This document shows, in pieces, positions 19,401 to 27,730 of a DNA stretch of 42,914 nt (positions within the stretch are counted from its first letter, which is position 1; every line of letters begins with the position of its first letter). Source of the stretch: Flavobacteriales bacterium (GTDB taxonomy: Bacteria > Bacteroidota > Bacteroidia > Flavobacteriales_F > PHOS-HE28); the NCBI GenBank assembly GCA_041691695.1, contig JBEPUG010000005.1:1-42914 (forward strand), in the 5' to 3' direction. A program made the position numbers and the translations under genes. The notes under the pieces are model-generated. The model was not told the origin of the DNA. It saw nothing but the letters and a program-made list of their open reading frames with translations, and ran no database searches.

Positions 19401-22400
19401 GCTGGCACCATCGTTACGCCGAACAGTCCGAGCACTCAGGTAACGGGCTTGGCAACGGGTGACAACGTATTCCGCTGGACGGTGAGCAACGGTCCTTGTG
19501 CCAACGGCCTCACAATGGATGATGTGCTGATCCGCATCTATGATAATACCAATCCGGCCGCCAACGCTGGGCCTGATCAGCAACTGTGCTCGAATGCCAA
19601 CACAACGATCATGGCGGGCAGCAGCCTGATATATCCGGCTACCGGACAGTGGACGGTGGTGAGCGGATCGGGTACTATCGTTACCCCTTCCAGCCCGACC
19701 ACAGCGATCAACGGTCTGGGTGTTGGCACGAATGTTTTCCAGTGGAGCGTGTCCAATGGACCTTGCGCGGGCAGCGCTAGCAGTGACCAGGTCGCACTCA
19801 TCGTATTCTCCAGTTCGCACCCGGCGATCTCCGTTTCTGCGAACCAGAGTATCTGCGTTCCCACTTCGGTGAACCAGGTCACGGTTTCCGGCACCATTCC
19901 CGTAGCGCCTGCGACAGGCACTTGGACCTTGGTGAGCGGTAGTGGTACGATAGGCTCGCCCAACTCGCCCAGCACGGTGATCACGGACATGGGCGTTGGC
20001 GTGAACTTGTTCCAATGGACAGTGAACAACGGACCGTGCACGTTCCCGAGCAACAGTGCGCAGGTGGCCATTAGTGTCTACAATGCCGCTACGCCTACGG
20101 CCGATGCCGGGCCTGATCAAAGCCTTTGCACCCCTATAACCAATACCACCCTTGCTGGTAGCGTCTTGGTCGGTCCGGCCACCGGGGTGTGGACGGTGAT
20201 CTCCGGTACCGGTGTTTTCGCCGATGCGACAAACCCGGCCACTGCGGTCTCCGGTCTGTCATTGGGAGGGAATGTGTTCCGATGGAGCGTGAGCAACGGC
20301 CCTTGTGCAGCCCCTACGAACGACCAGGTGACGATCTCGCTTTTCAACGGCAGCGCGCAGCAAGCGAATGCTGGTCCTGACCAGCAGCTCTGCGACAATC
20401 TTCCCACCACCGTGCTTGCGGCCAACACTGCCGTGTCCCCTGCTACGGGCTCGTGGAGCGTGGTGCAAGGCACGGCCAATTTCACCAGCATCACGGATCC
20501 CCATACCGTGGTGAACGGACTATCCGTTGGGGTGAATATCCTTGCGTGGTCTCTGGATAACGGCGGTTGCGGAACCAGCACGGATCAAGTGTCGATCACT
20601 GTGTTCGATGATGCGAACCTCGTTGCAGCGGCGGGACCGGACCAGCAGCTTTGTACTCCTGCTACTTCAACTACACTTACCGGAAGCACGCTCACCGCAC
20701 CGGCCACCGGCCTTTGGACGGTTGTTGGTGGAACAGGAAACATCGTTTCACCTACTAGCTCAACTACGCAGGTCAACGGACTTGGAGCAGGAGTGAACAC
20801 GTTCCGATGGACGGTGAGCAATGGACCCTGCCCCAATGCGAACACGTTTGATCAAGTGGTGATCAATGTGTTCACCAGCACGGCAGCAGCTGCGAACGCC
20901 GGATCGGATCAAGCGATCTGCTCTCCCATTGCATCCGTGACGTTGACCGCCAACGCCCCCGTGCTTCCCGCTATCGGCACATGGTCGGTGCTGAACGGCA
21001 CTGCCTCCTTCGTGGATCTTCACGATCCGAACACGAACGCCACCGGTCTTCAGGTGGGCACTACGACCTTGGAGTGGTCCATCGACAACGGTACCTGCGG
21101 TTCTACTTCGGATCAAATGACGGTCCTGGTGTTCGACGTGAACAACGCGGTCGCCAATGCAGGTCCGGATCAGCAATTCTGTCTCCCTACCAATTCGGCG
21201 ACCATGGGTGGAAGCGGCCTCACTGCCCCAGCCTCCGGTGCATGGACCTTGGTGAGCGGCACCGGCACCATTACCGATCCCACTTCGCCAACCACTGCGA
21301 TCACCGGAATGTCCATTGGAGAGAATGTATTCCGTTGGACAGTGAGCAATGGCCCCTGCGCGGGATCCACGACGCAGGATGACGTGAGCGTCACCATTTT
21401 TGACAACACGGTCAGCGGTTCCGATGCAGGACCTGACCAATCGCTCTGCACTCCGGTGACCTCGACCACCATGGCCGCAAGCGCTGCGCCTTCGCCCGCT
21501 CAAGGAACGTGGACCCTGGTGAGCGGAAGCGGCATCATCGCGAATGTGAACAACCCGCTGACCAGCATCACTGGGCTGGCGATAGGGGAGAATGTATTCC
21601 GCTGGTCGGTCAGTAATGGGGCCTGTCCGGTGAATCCCCCGAACGACCTCGTCTCCATCTTCGTCTATGACGCGAATAACCCGGCGGCCAATGCTGGTGC
21701 GGACCAGCAGCTCTGCACGCCGAACACTTCGGCCAATCTCTCAGGCAGCATCGTGACCTTCCCGGCGCAAGGAACTTGGACATTGGTGAGCGGTAGCGGC
21801 GTGATCACTGCACCCAACAATCCTGCTACCGCGGTGACCGGTCTGGCGATCGGTGCGAACGTCTTCCAGTGGAGCGTGACCAACGGTCCTTGCGCCCAGC
21901 CCTTGACCACGGACCAAGTGACCATCTTCGTTTATGATGCGACCAACGCCAATGCGAATGCAGGTCCGGATCAGTCCTTCTGTACACCGCAGGAAAGCAC
22001 GACACTCGCCGGGAACACGCTGACTTTCCCATCCACCGGCGCATGGACACTTATACAAGGCACGGCAAACATCACTGACGCGAGCAGTCCCACCACCACG
22101 GTGACCGGCTTGGGCGTGGGAGAGAACATCTTGGCTTGGACGGTGAACAATGGTCCTTGCGCCAACGGCCTCACCACGGATCAGGTCAGCATTTTCGTCT
22201 TCGATGCGAATACGCCGAATGCGTCCGCAGGGGATGATCAGGAACTCTGCACGCCTGTGAGTTCCACCACCTTCGACGGCAGCGCGGTGACCTTCCCCGC
22301 AGTCGGCACTTGGACGCTTGTCTCAGGCACCGGAAGCATCGCGAACATCCACGGTCCGAGCAGCGCTGTGAGTGGGCTAAGTGTCGGTGCGAATACCTTC

Positions 22401-25400
22401 CAATGGTCAGTTTCAAATGGCCTTTGCGGCAGCACCGATGACCAAGTAACGATCTTCGTATTTGCCGGTAATAATGCCCTGGCCAATGCCGGTCCTGATC
22501 AGGAATTCTGCGATCCGGCGGGGGTTGCGGTGATGGCAGGGAGCGCGGTGACCTATCCGGCCACAGGCCTTTGGACGCTGGTGAGTGGCTCCGGCACGAT
22601 CACCGATCCCGCGTTGCCCAACACCACCATCAGCGATCTGCAGATCGGGCAGAACATCTTCGTGTGGACGGTTACCAATGGACCGTGTGCAAACCCGGTT
22701 ACCAGCGACACGGTATCCATCCGCGTGTTCGATCACCTGAACTTCCCTGCTGCGGCGGGCCCCGATCAGGAGATGTGTACACCGATGACCAGCACCACCC
22801 TGGCCGGCAGCCCTGTGACCTTACCTGCGGAAGGCACCTGGTCGGTAACGCAAGGCAGTGCGGTGTTCGCCAACATCCATTCGCCGATCAGCGCGGTCTC
22901 AGGCTTAGGCATAGGCGAGAACATCCTGCGGTGGTCGGTCACGAATGGACCTTGCGAGAACGGCATCAGTTTCGATCAGTTGACGATCACCGTATTCGAT
23001 TCCGGCAACTTGATCGCGAACGCGGGACCGGACCAGAACCTTTGCCAGCCCGACACATTCACCACCATGGCTGGCAGCGCCATCACATTCCCGGCGACAG
23101 GTACGTGGACCTTGGTGACAGGAACAGGAGACATCACCGATCCCACGTTAGGCAACACGACGATCACCGGGCTTTCTGTCGGCGAGAATGTGTTCCAATG
23201 GTCCGTGCTGAATGGTCCATGTTCAAACTCCAGTACATCGGACTTCGTGAGCATTTTCATCTACGACATTGGCAACCCTGTGGCCAATGCGGGCAACGAT
23301 CAACAGGTCTGCACGCCACTGACAGGGACCAACTTCGCGGGTAGTCAAGTAATATTCCCTGCCATGGGTCAATGGAGCTTGGTCAGCGGGCAAGGCGACA
23401 TCACAGATCCTGCGGACCCCTCATCGGGTGTGGAGAATCTGGGTGTAGGAGAGAACGTCTTCTTGTGGACGGTGGATAACGGACCCTGCGGAGGCATCAC
23501 CACGGACCAGGTCAGCATCTTCCTTTTCAACCTCGACGCACCGCCCGCTGCAGCAGGCGCGGACCAATCGTTCTGTTCGCCAACGAGCACCACGACACTC
23601 GGCGCGAACACGCCTACGGCACCGGCCATTGGAGTATGGACCTTGGCGCAAGGCACCGCTACGTTCGCGGATGTGAATGACCCAGCGACCAGCGTTTCGG
23701 ACCTCTCCATCGGCGAGAACATCCTCACTTGGAAGATCGATAACGGGGTCTGCGGGATCACCATCGATAGCGTGAGCATCTTCATCTATGATGTGGACGC
23801 ACCCCCTGCGACCGCCGGTTTGGACCAAGCGTATTGCACCCCGCAGGACAGTACGCTGCTCACCGGCAACATGCCCATCTTCCCAGCGCAAGGCACATGG
23901 AGTGTGATCGATGGGGCGGGACTATTTGCGGATGCGAATGATCCGCAGACCAAGGTGGTAGGCCTTGCCATCGGAGCGAACATCTTCGTTTGGACGCTGG
24001 ACAACGGCCCCTGCGCCAACGCCATCTCCAGCGACACCATGACGGTGACCATCTTCAGCGATAGCACTGCCGCTGCGAATGCAGGGGAAGACATCTCGAT
24101 CTGCCTGCCTGCGAATAGCCTGCAACTGGACGCGGATATCCCGCAATTGCCGGCCACGGGTATGTGGACGATCCTCAGTGGCACTGGAAGTCTCACTGAC
24201 CCCAGCGACCCACATACGGAGATCACAGCACTTGGTGTGGGCCAGACCATCCTGTTGTGGACCTTGGACAACGGACCGTGCCCCAACAACGGGATATTGA
24301 CGGACACACTCACCATCACCATCTATGACCCCTTCGGTCCTGTGGCCAATGCGGGTCCGGATATCTCAAACTGCACACCGGAAGACAGCACGGTGTTAGC
24401 AGGCAACACGCCGCTCTTCCCGGCCGAGGGAACTTGGCAATTGGTGAGTGGAACAGGCACCATCGCCGACATTCATGATCCGACCACAGCGATCACTGGC
24501 TTGTCCGTTGGCACCAACGTCTTCACGTGGAGCATCTTCAATGGGGACTGTGGCTTCGGCCCGCCAACATTGGACACGGTGAAGGTCTTCCTCTTCGATG
24601 CCAATGCGCCCGGTGCATTTGCCGGTAATGATTTTGAACTCTGCCTACCGGTGACCTCAGTGCAGTTGTTCGCGGACATCCCCGAAGCACCGGGAAGTGG
24701 CACATGGGAGATCCTCAGCGGTGCGGGCACCTTGACCGATCCTACTGATCCACATACCGAGATCACCGGGTTGGCGGTCGGTATCACCACTGTTGTATGG
24801 ACGGTGTACAATGGCCCTTGTCCTACCACAGTGTCGCTCATCGACACGCTGAATATCTCGATCTTCGATCCATTCGGCCCGGTCGCCAATGCGGGTCCGG
24901 ACCTCTCCAGCTGTACGCCGAACGACAGTGTCAGTTTGGCGGGGAATACTCCGTTGTTCCCTGCGCAGGGCACGTGGAGCTTGGAGAGCGGCACCGGGTC
25001 CATCACGGATGTACATGATCCCAGCACCACGATCAATGGCCTCTCCATCGGCGACAATGTGTTCACGTGGACCATTTATAACGGCAGCTGCGGATTCGGT
25101 CCGCCCACGGTGGATACCGTGCATGTACAGCTCTTCGATGGTGGCGTGCCCGCTGCGAATGCTGGTCCCGACTTGAGTTTCTGTTCGCCCGTGCCTCACT
25201 TCCAATTGTCGGCAAGTGCTGTGGCGGCACCCGGTATAGGCTTCTGGTCGGTGGTGTCCGGAGCAGCGACACTGGTCGACTCCGCCGACCCGAATACGCT
25301 GGTGACCAGTGCGGACTTAGGAGACAACGTTCTGGTATGGACGGTGGATAATGGCCCTTGCGGGATCACCACGGACACCATGCATGTGGTGGTATTCGAT

Positions 25401-26741
25401 AGCAGTACCGCCAGCGCGAATGCGGGACCGGACCAAGACCTCTGCACACCTGCTGATAGTGCTACCATGTCGGCGACTCCGGTCGACTTCCCCGGCATCG
25501 GCACATGGACGGTGACCGCAGGCAGCGGAAACTTTGCTGATGTGAACGACCCGAATACGATGGTAACAGGCATCGCACCGGGGATCAATAGTTATACGTG
25601 GACAGTGGACAATGGACCCTGCGGAACCATATCCGACCAGATGAGCATTCAGGTCTTCGACAACACCCTCACAAGTGTTTCCGCAGGACCCGATCAGCAA
25701 CTCTGCAGCCCGGTGACGACCGTGGCCTTGGTCGGGACCGCCGTGGCATTGCCAGCACAAGGAATTTGGACGATCCTCAGCGGCACGGGGACACTAAGCG
25801 ATCCGACGGACCCGAATACAACGCTGACCGGTGTGGATGTCGGGCAGACCGTGATCATCTGGTCAGTGGATAACGGCCCGTGCAGTGTTGGCCCTATCAT
25901 AGACACGGTAGTGGTGACCATTTTTGATGGACAAGCGCAACCCGCTGCCGATGCTGGTCCCGATCAACAGTTCTGCGAACCGGGGCCGGTGGATGTCGAT
26001 ATGTTCGGCAACGCCGTCGTATTCCCGGCGGTAGGCACCTGGACCACGGAATCGGATACCGCCATCATTACCGATCCGGCAGACCATAACACCACCATCA
26101 CAGGGGTCGGTTTCGGCAGCACCAGTTTCACGTGGTCGATTGATAACGGTGTTTGTGGAAGCAGCTCCGATGAGGTGATCGTTCAGGTGTTCGATAGCTC
26201 CGTACCTCCTGCATCAGCGGGCCCCGATCAGCGTATCTGCCAAGACACCACTGACGCACAGCTGGCGGCGACACCGGTCTTCAGCACAGCGATCGGACAT
26301 TGGGAATTGGTGATGGGTCACGGTGATCTTACAGATCCCACATTGGCGACCACGGCAGTCACCGGATTGCAGTCGGGCACCAACGTGTTCGTCTGGGTGG
26401 TGGATAATGGCGCTTGTGGATCTTCCTCCGACAGTATCTCGATCGTCCTTCACGATTGCAGCACCCTCGTGGTACCGGACGCCTTCTCGCCCAATGGGGA
26501 CGGCGTGAACGACATCTTCGTGGTGCAAGGCTTGGAGTATTATCCGAACAACTCCTTCCAGGTCTTCAACCGTTGGGGAAACAAAGTGTATGAGCGAAGT
26601 CCGTACACCAATACCTGGACCGGAGCGAGCGAAGGGAAATTGAACTGGGGCAAGGACCTACCGGAGAGCACGTACTACTTCATCCTGGATCCAGGTGATG
26701 GCAAGGAGGTCATCACAGGCTACATCTATCTCCGCCGATGA
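16452..26741 (+). CDS. Giant T9SS type-B-CTD (gliding-motility-associated CTD) surface adhesin with 33 PKD/Ig-like repeats
   Basis: Signal cleavage ..GEAHA/THALGGDLSY; Cys-rich N-terminal domain (YRDC, CCRN); 33 repeats; C-terminal PDAFSPNGDGVND..FNRWG..W.G..LP..TYY..GYIYLRR. Start uncertain (16335, 16401 or 16452). Confidence 0.92.
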   Translation: MTGHRRDLGIIALKWNSAKRPLLALLRNLAVAMAAVLCFQGEAHATHALGGDLSYSCLGNHRYLVTLNFYRDCNGVAAPTNCNNGLEFTVRSNSCNANFTQCFGSSPTVQIITPICASEIDRCVSATGTYGVERYTYTKIIDLSAYAACGGTDWEIYWTLCCRNNAITSLQNPGNQNLYLNAKLNDAPGICNSTPTFTNSPSAFFCLGEPISYNPGAVDPDGDSLVYALIPARTYPGTAIPYQPGYSATQPIKNSGGANAVILNAQTGTITVTPSVLQVAVVCYQVTEYRNGVMVGQTSRDVQVVVRPCLGNSAPTASGINGTGTYTLQVCAGTPVSFNVNSNDVNAGQTVTMSWNAGIPTANFNISGSPFPTGTFTWTPTDANIGNNTFTVHVQDNGCPLVGANDFGFSIQVTPPLTAADAGPDQSVCSTSATLAGVLPYPGLQGTWTVVSGSGSFANLHSANSTVSGLSIGPNVFQWTVDYQTCGTQTDQVTVTRFNSAQAAAAAGPDQEFCQPSNSATLAGNPAVSPAVGTWTLVNGAGSITALNSPTTSVTGLAVGLNRFRWTINNGPCGTPTQDEVVITIYSNTQPVANAGPDISICSPTSSVTMNGNVVTAPATGTWSVISGTGTITSPNSRNTTITGLPVGVNVFRWSINNGPCTPAITTDDVTVTVYSGSSLNANAGADQEVCTPGNVTLVGSTPTFPATGAWTVVSGSGTITTPTAATTTISGLSIGTNVFQWTVNNGPCSNGVTSDQVTVTAYDHTVAGSNAGPDQSLCTPGTTTTMAANAPATPAQGTWSLISGSGAITDIHSATSTITGLAIGENVFRWDVSNGPCPVNPPNDLVSIFLYDVNAPVAQAGPDQQLCTPALSTNLAGNAATAPGIGTWTVLAGTGIFANSHNPTTVVSGLSVGTNTLRWTLTNGPCANPVTQDDVTIIVFNVANAVANAGPDQALCRPTTSTTLSGSALSAPATGQWTLVSGAGTIVTPNSPSTQVTGLATGDNVFRWTVSNGPCANGLTMDDVLIRIYDNTNPAANAGPDQQLCSNANTTIMAGSSLIYPATGQWTVVSGSGTIVTPSSPTTAINGLGVGTNVFQWSVSNGPCAGSASSDQVALIVFSSSHPAISVSANQSICVPTSVNQVTVSGTIPVAPATGTWTLVSGSGTIGSPNSPSTVITDMGVGVNLFQWTVNNGPCTFPSNSAQVAISVYNAATPTADAGPDQSLCTPITNTTLAGSVLVGPATGVWTVISGTGVFADATNPATAVSGLSLGGNVFRWSVSNGPCAAPTNDQVTISLFNGSAQQANAGPDQQLCDNLPTTVLAANTAVSPATGSWSVVQGTANFTSITDPHTVVNGLSVGVNILAWSLDNGGCGTSTDQVSITVFDDANLVAAAGPDQQLCTPATSTTLTGSTLTAPATGLWTVVGGTGNIVSPTSSTTQVNGLGAGVNTFRWTVSNGPCPNANTFDQVVINVFTSTAAAANAGSDQAICSPIASVTLTANAPVLPAIGTWSVLNGTASFVDLHDPNTNATGLQVGTTTLEWSIDNGTCGSTSDQMTVLVFDVNNAVANAGPDQQFCLPTNSATMGGSGLTAPASGAWTLVSGTGTITDPTSPTTAITGMSIGENVFRWTVSNGPCAGSTTQDDVSVTIFDNTVSGSDAGPDQSLCTPVTSTTMAASAAPSPAQGTWTLVSGSGIIANVNNPLTSITGLAIGENVFRWSVSNGACPVNPPNDLVSIFVYDANNPAANAGADQQLCTPNTSANLSGSIVTFPAQGTWTLVSGSGVITAPNNPATAVTGLAIGANVFQWSVTNGPCAQPLTTDQVTIFVYDATNANANAGPDQSFCTPQESTTLAGNTLTFPSTGAWTLIQGTANITDASSPTTTVTGLGVGENILAWTVNNGPCANGLTTDQVSIFVFDANTPNASAGDDQELCTPVSSTTFDGSAVTFPAVGTWTLVSGTGSIANIHGPSSAVSGLSVGANTFQWSVSNGLCGSTDDQVTIFVFAGNNALANAGPDQEFCDPAGVAVMAGSAVTYPATGLWTLVSGSGTITDPALPNTTISDLQIGQNIFVWTVTNGPCANPVTSDTVSIRVFDHLNFPAAAGPDQEMCTPMTSTTLAGSPVTLPAEGTWSVTQGSAVFANIHSPISAVSGLGIGENILRWSVTNGPCENGISFDQLTITVFDSGNLIANAGPDQNLCQPDTFTTMAGSAITFPATGTWTLVTGTGDITDPTLGNTTITGLSVGENVFQWSVLNGPCSNSSTSDFVSIFIYDIGNPVANAGNDQQVCTPLTGTNFAGSQVIFPAMGQWSLVSGQGDITDPADPSSGVENLGVGENVFLWTVDNGPCGGITTDQVSIFLFNLDAPPAAAGADQSFCSPTSTTTLGANTPTAPAIGVWTLAQGTATFADVNDPATSVSDLSIGENILTWKIDNGVCGITIDSVSIFIYDVDAPPATAGLDQAYCTPQDSTLLTGNMPIFPAQGTWSVIDGAGLFADANDPQTKVVGLAIGANIFVWTLDNGPCANAISSDTMTVTIFSDSTAAANAGEDISICLPANSLQLDADIPQLPATGMWTILSGTGSLTDPSDPHTEITALGVGQTILLWTLDNGPCPNNGILTDTLTITIYDPFGPVANAGPDISNCTPEDSTVLAGNTPLFPAEGTWQLVSGTGTIADIHDPTTAITGLSVGTNVFTWSIFNGDCGFGPPTLDTVKVFLFDANAPGAFAGNDFELCLPVTSVQLFADIPEAPGSGTWEILSGAGTLTDPTDPHTEITGLAVGITTVVWTVYNGPCPTTVSLIDTLNISIFDPFGPVANAGPDLSSCTPNDSVSLAGNTPLFPAQGTWSLESGTGSITDVHDPSTTINGLSIGDNVFTWTIYNGSCGFGPPTVDTVHVQLFDGGVPAANAGPDLSFCSPVPHFQLSASAVAAPGIGFWSVVSGAATLVDSADPNTLVTSADLGDNVLVWTVDNGPCGITTDTMHVVVFDSSTASANAGPDQDLCTPADSATMSATPVDFPGIGTWTVTAGSGNFADVNDPNTMVTGIAPGINSYTWTVDNGPCGTISDQMSIQVFDNTLTSVSAGPDQQLCSPVTTVALVGTAVALPAQGIWTILSGTGTLSDPTDPNTTLTGVDVGQTVIIWSVDNGPCSVGPIIDTVVVTIFDGQAQPAADAGPDQQFCEPGPVDVDMFGNAVVFPAVGTWTTESDTAIITDPADHNTTITGVGFGSTSFTWSIDNGVCGSSSDEVIVQVFDSSVPPASAGPDQRICQDTTDAQLAATPVFSTAIGHWELVMGHGDLTDPTLATTAVTGLQSGTNVFVWVVDNGACGSSSDSISIVLHDCSTLVVPDAFSPNGDGVNDIFVVQGLEYYPNNSFQVFNRWGNKVYERSPYTNTWTGASEGKLNWGKDLPESTYYFILDPGDGKEVITGYIYLRR
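17706..26459 (+). repeat. 33 tandem ~88-aa coding repeats (A.AGPDQ..C.P...L.G....PA.G.W....G.G.......T...GL..G.N.F.W...NGPC....D.V....)
   Basis: Counted by hand in the translation; ~2,917 aa / 33 = ~88 aa; diverged at the DNA level. Confidence 0.9.
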
Positions 26742-27727
26742 CCATGAACGCACCCTTCAACATTCCTATGTCGATGGTGACCAAGGCCCTTCCACGGAAA
26801 CTGCTGATACTCGGGGCGATCCTGACGCTCGGCGTAATGTTGCCCCGACAGGCACACGCCCAGCAGGACCCGCAGTTCTCCCAGTACATGTTCAACTTGC
26901 TGGCGATCAATCCCGCGTATGCCGGCAGCGCCGAACGCATGAGCATCAAGGCTCTCAGCCGCCAGCAATGGGTGGGCTTCGCCGGTGCTCCGACCACACA
27001 GACACTCACCGCGCACAGCCCCTTCCTCGTGCAGAGTCTCGGACTTGGTGGCACATTGATGCGCGATGAGTATGGACCAGTAACGCAGTATGATATCGTC
27101 ATGGACCTCTCTTACCGCATATTTCTCGGCGGTGGACAGAAGCTGGCCTTTGGATTGAAGGGGGGCGTGAATTTCTTCCAAGGAAAATTCGCGGAGCTCC
27201 ATCCACTGGAATCCGGTGACCAGGTGTTCCAACAAGACGTTACATCCAAGACCGATCCGCAATTCGGTTTCGGCGTGATGTGGTATAGCGACCGCTTCTA
27301 TTTGGGATTGAGTTCGCCCAAGATGCTGCGCACGGATTTCTTCCAAACGGACTCCCTGCAGTTCGTGAGCCAGCCGGGCCAGCGTGCGAACTACTACCTC
27401 ACAGGCGGCTACGTCTTCGACATGGGCGACTTCACCAAGTTCAAGCCCACCTTCATGCTGCAAGCCGTGAATGGAGCCCCGCTGAGCCTTGACCTCAGCG
27501 CAAACTTCCTGTTCTATGAAAAGCTGTGGCTCGGTGCATTCTACCGATATACGGACGCGGTGGGAGCCCTTGTGCAGTATAACATTTCCGACGCGTTGTC
27601 GGTGGGCTACTCCTACGATTATCCCTTGTCCGCGTTGAACGGCTATACCGGTGGCTCGCACGAGTTCATGCTCGGCGTCGAGTTCGGGAAGAAGCTCAGT
27701 GGCATCCGTTCACCGCGTTATTTCTGA
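26738..27727 (+). CDS. T9SS PorP/SprF family membrane protein
   Basis: AQQDPQFSQYMFN.LAINPAYAG, R.QWVG..GAP.T, GYSYD, GSHE; ends SPRYF; ATGA overlap with the adhesin. Confidence 0.95.
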   Translation: MTMNAPFNIPMSMVTKALPRKLLILGAILTLGVMLPRQAHAQQDPQFSQYMFNLLAINPAYAGSAERMSIKALSRQQWVGFAGAPTTQTLTAHSPFLVQSLGLGGTLMRDEYGPVTQYDIVMDLSYRIFLGGGQKLAFGLKGGVNFFQGKFAELHPLESGDQVFQQDVTSKTDPQFGFGVMWYSDRFYLGLSSPKMLRTDFFQTDSLQFVSQPGQRANYYLTGGYVFDMGDFTKFKPTFMLQAVNGAPLSLDLSANFLFYEKLWLGAFYRYTDAVGALVQYNISDALSVGYSYDYPLSALNGYTGGSHEFMLGVEFGKKLSGIRSPRYF

Positions 27728-27730
27728 CCC

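Noticed and set aside
17706-26459. Periodic DNA motifs considered as a CRISPR array or DGR template/variable repeats
   Set aside because: They are in-frame protein repeats with synonymous divergence; no identical spacer-separated repeats, cas genes, reverse transcriptase or adenine-specific variation.
16452-26741. Naming the adhesin sprB
   Set aside because: The repeat consensus differs from SprB repeats and sprC/sprD are not adjacent.
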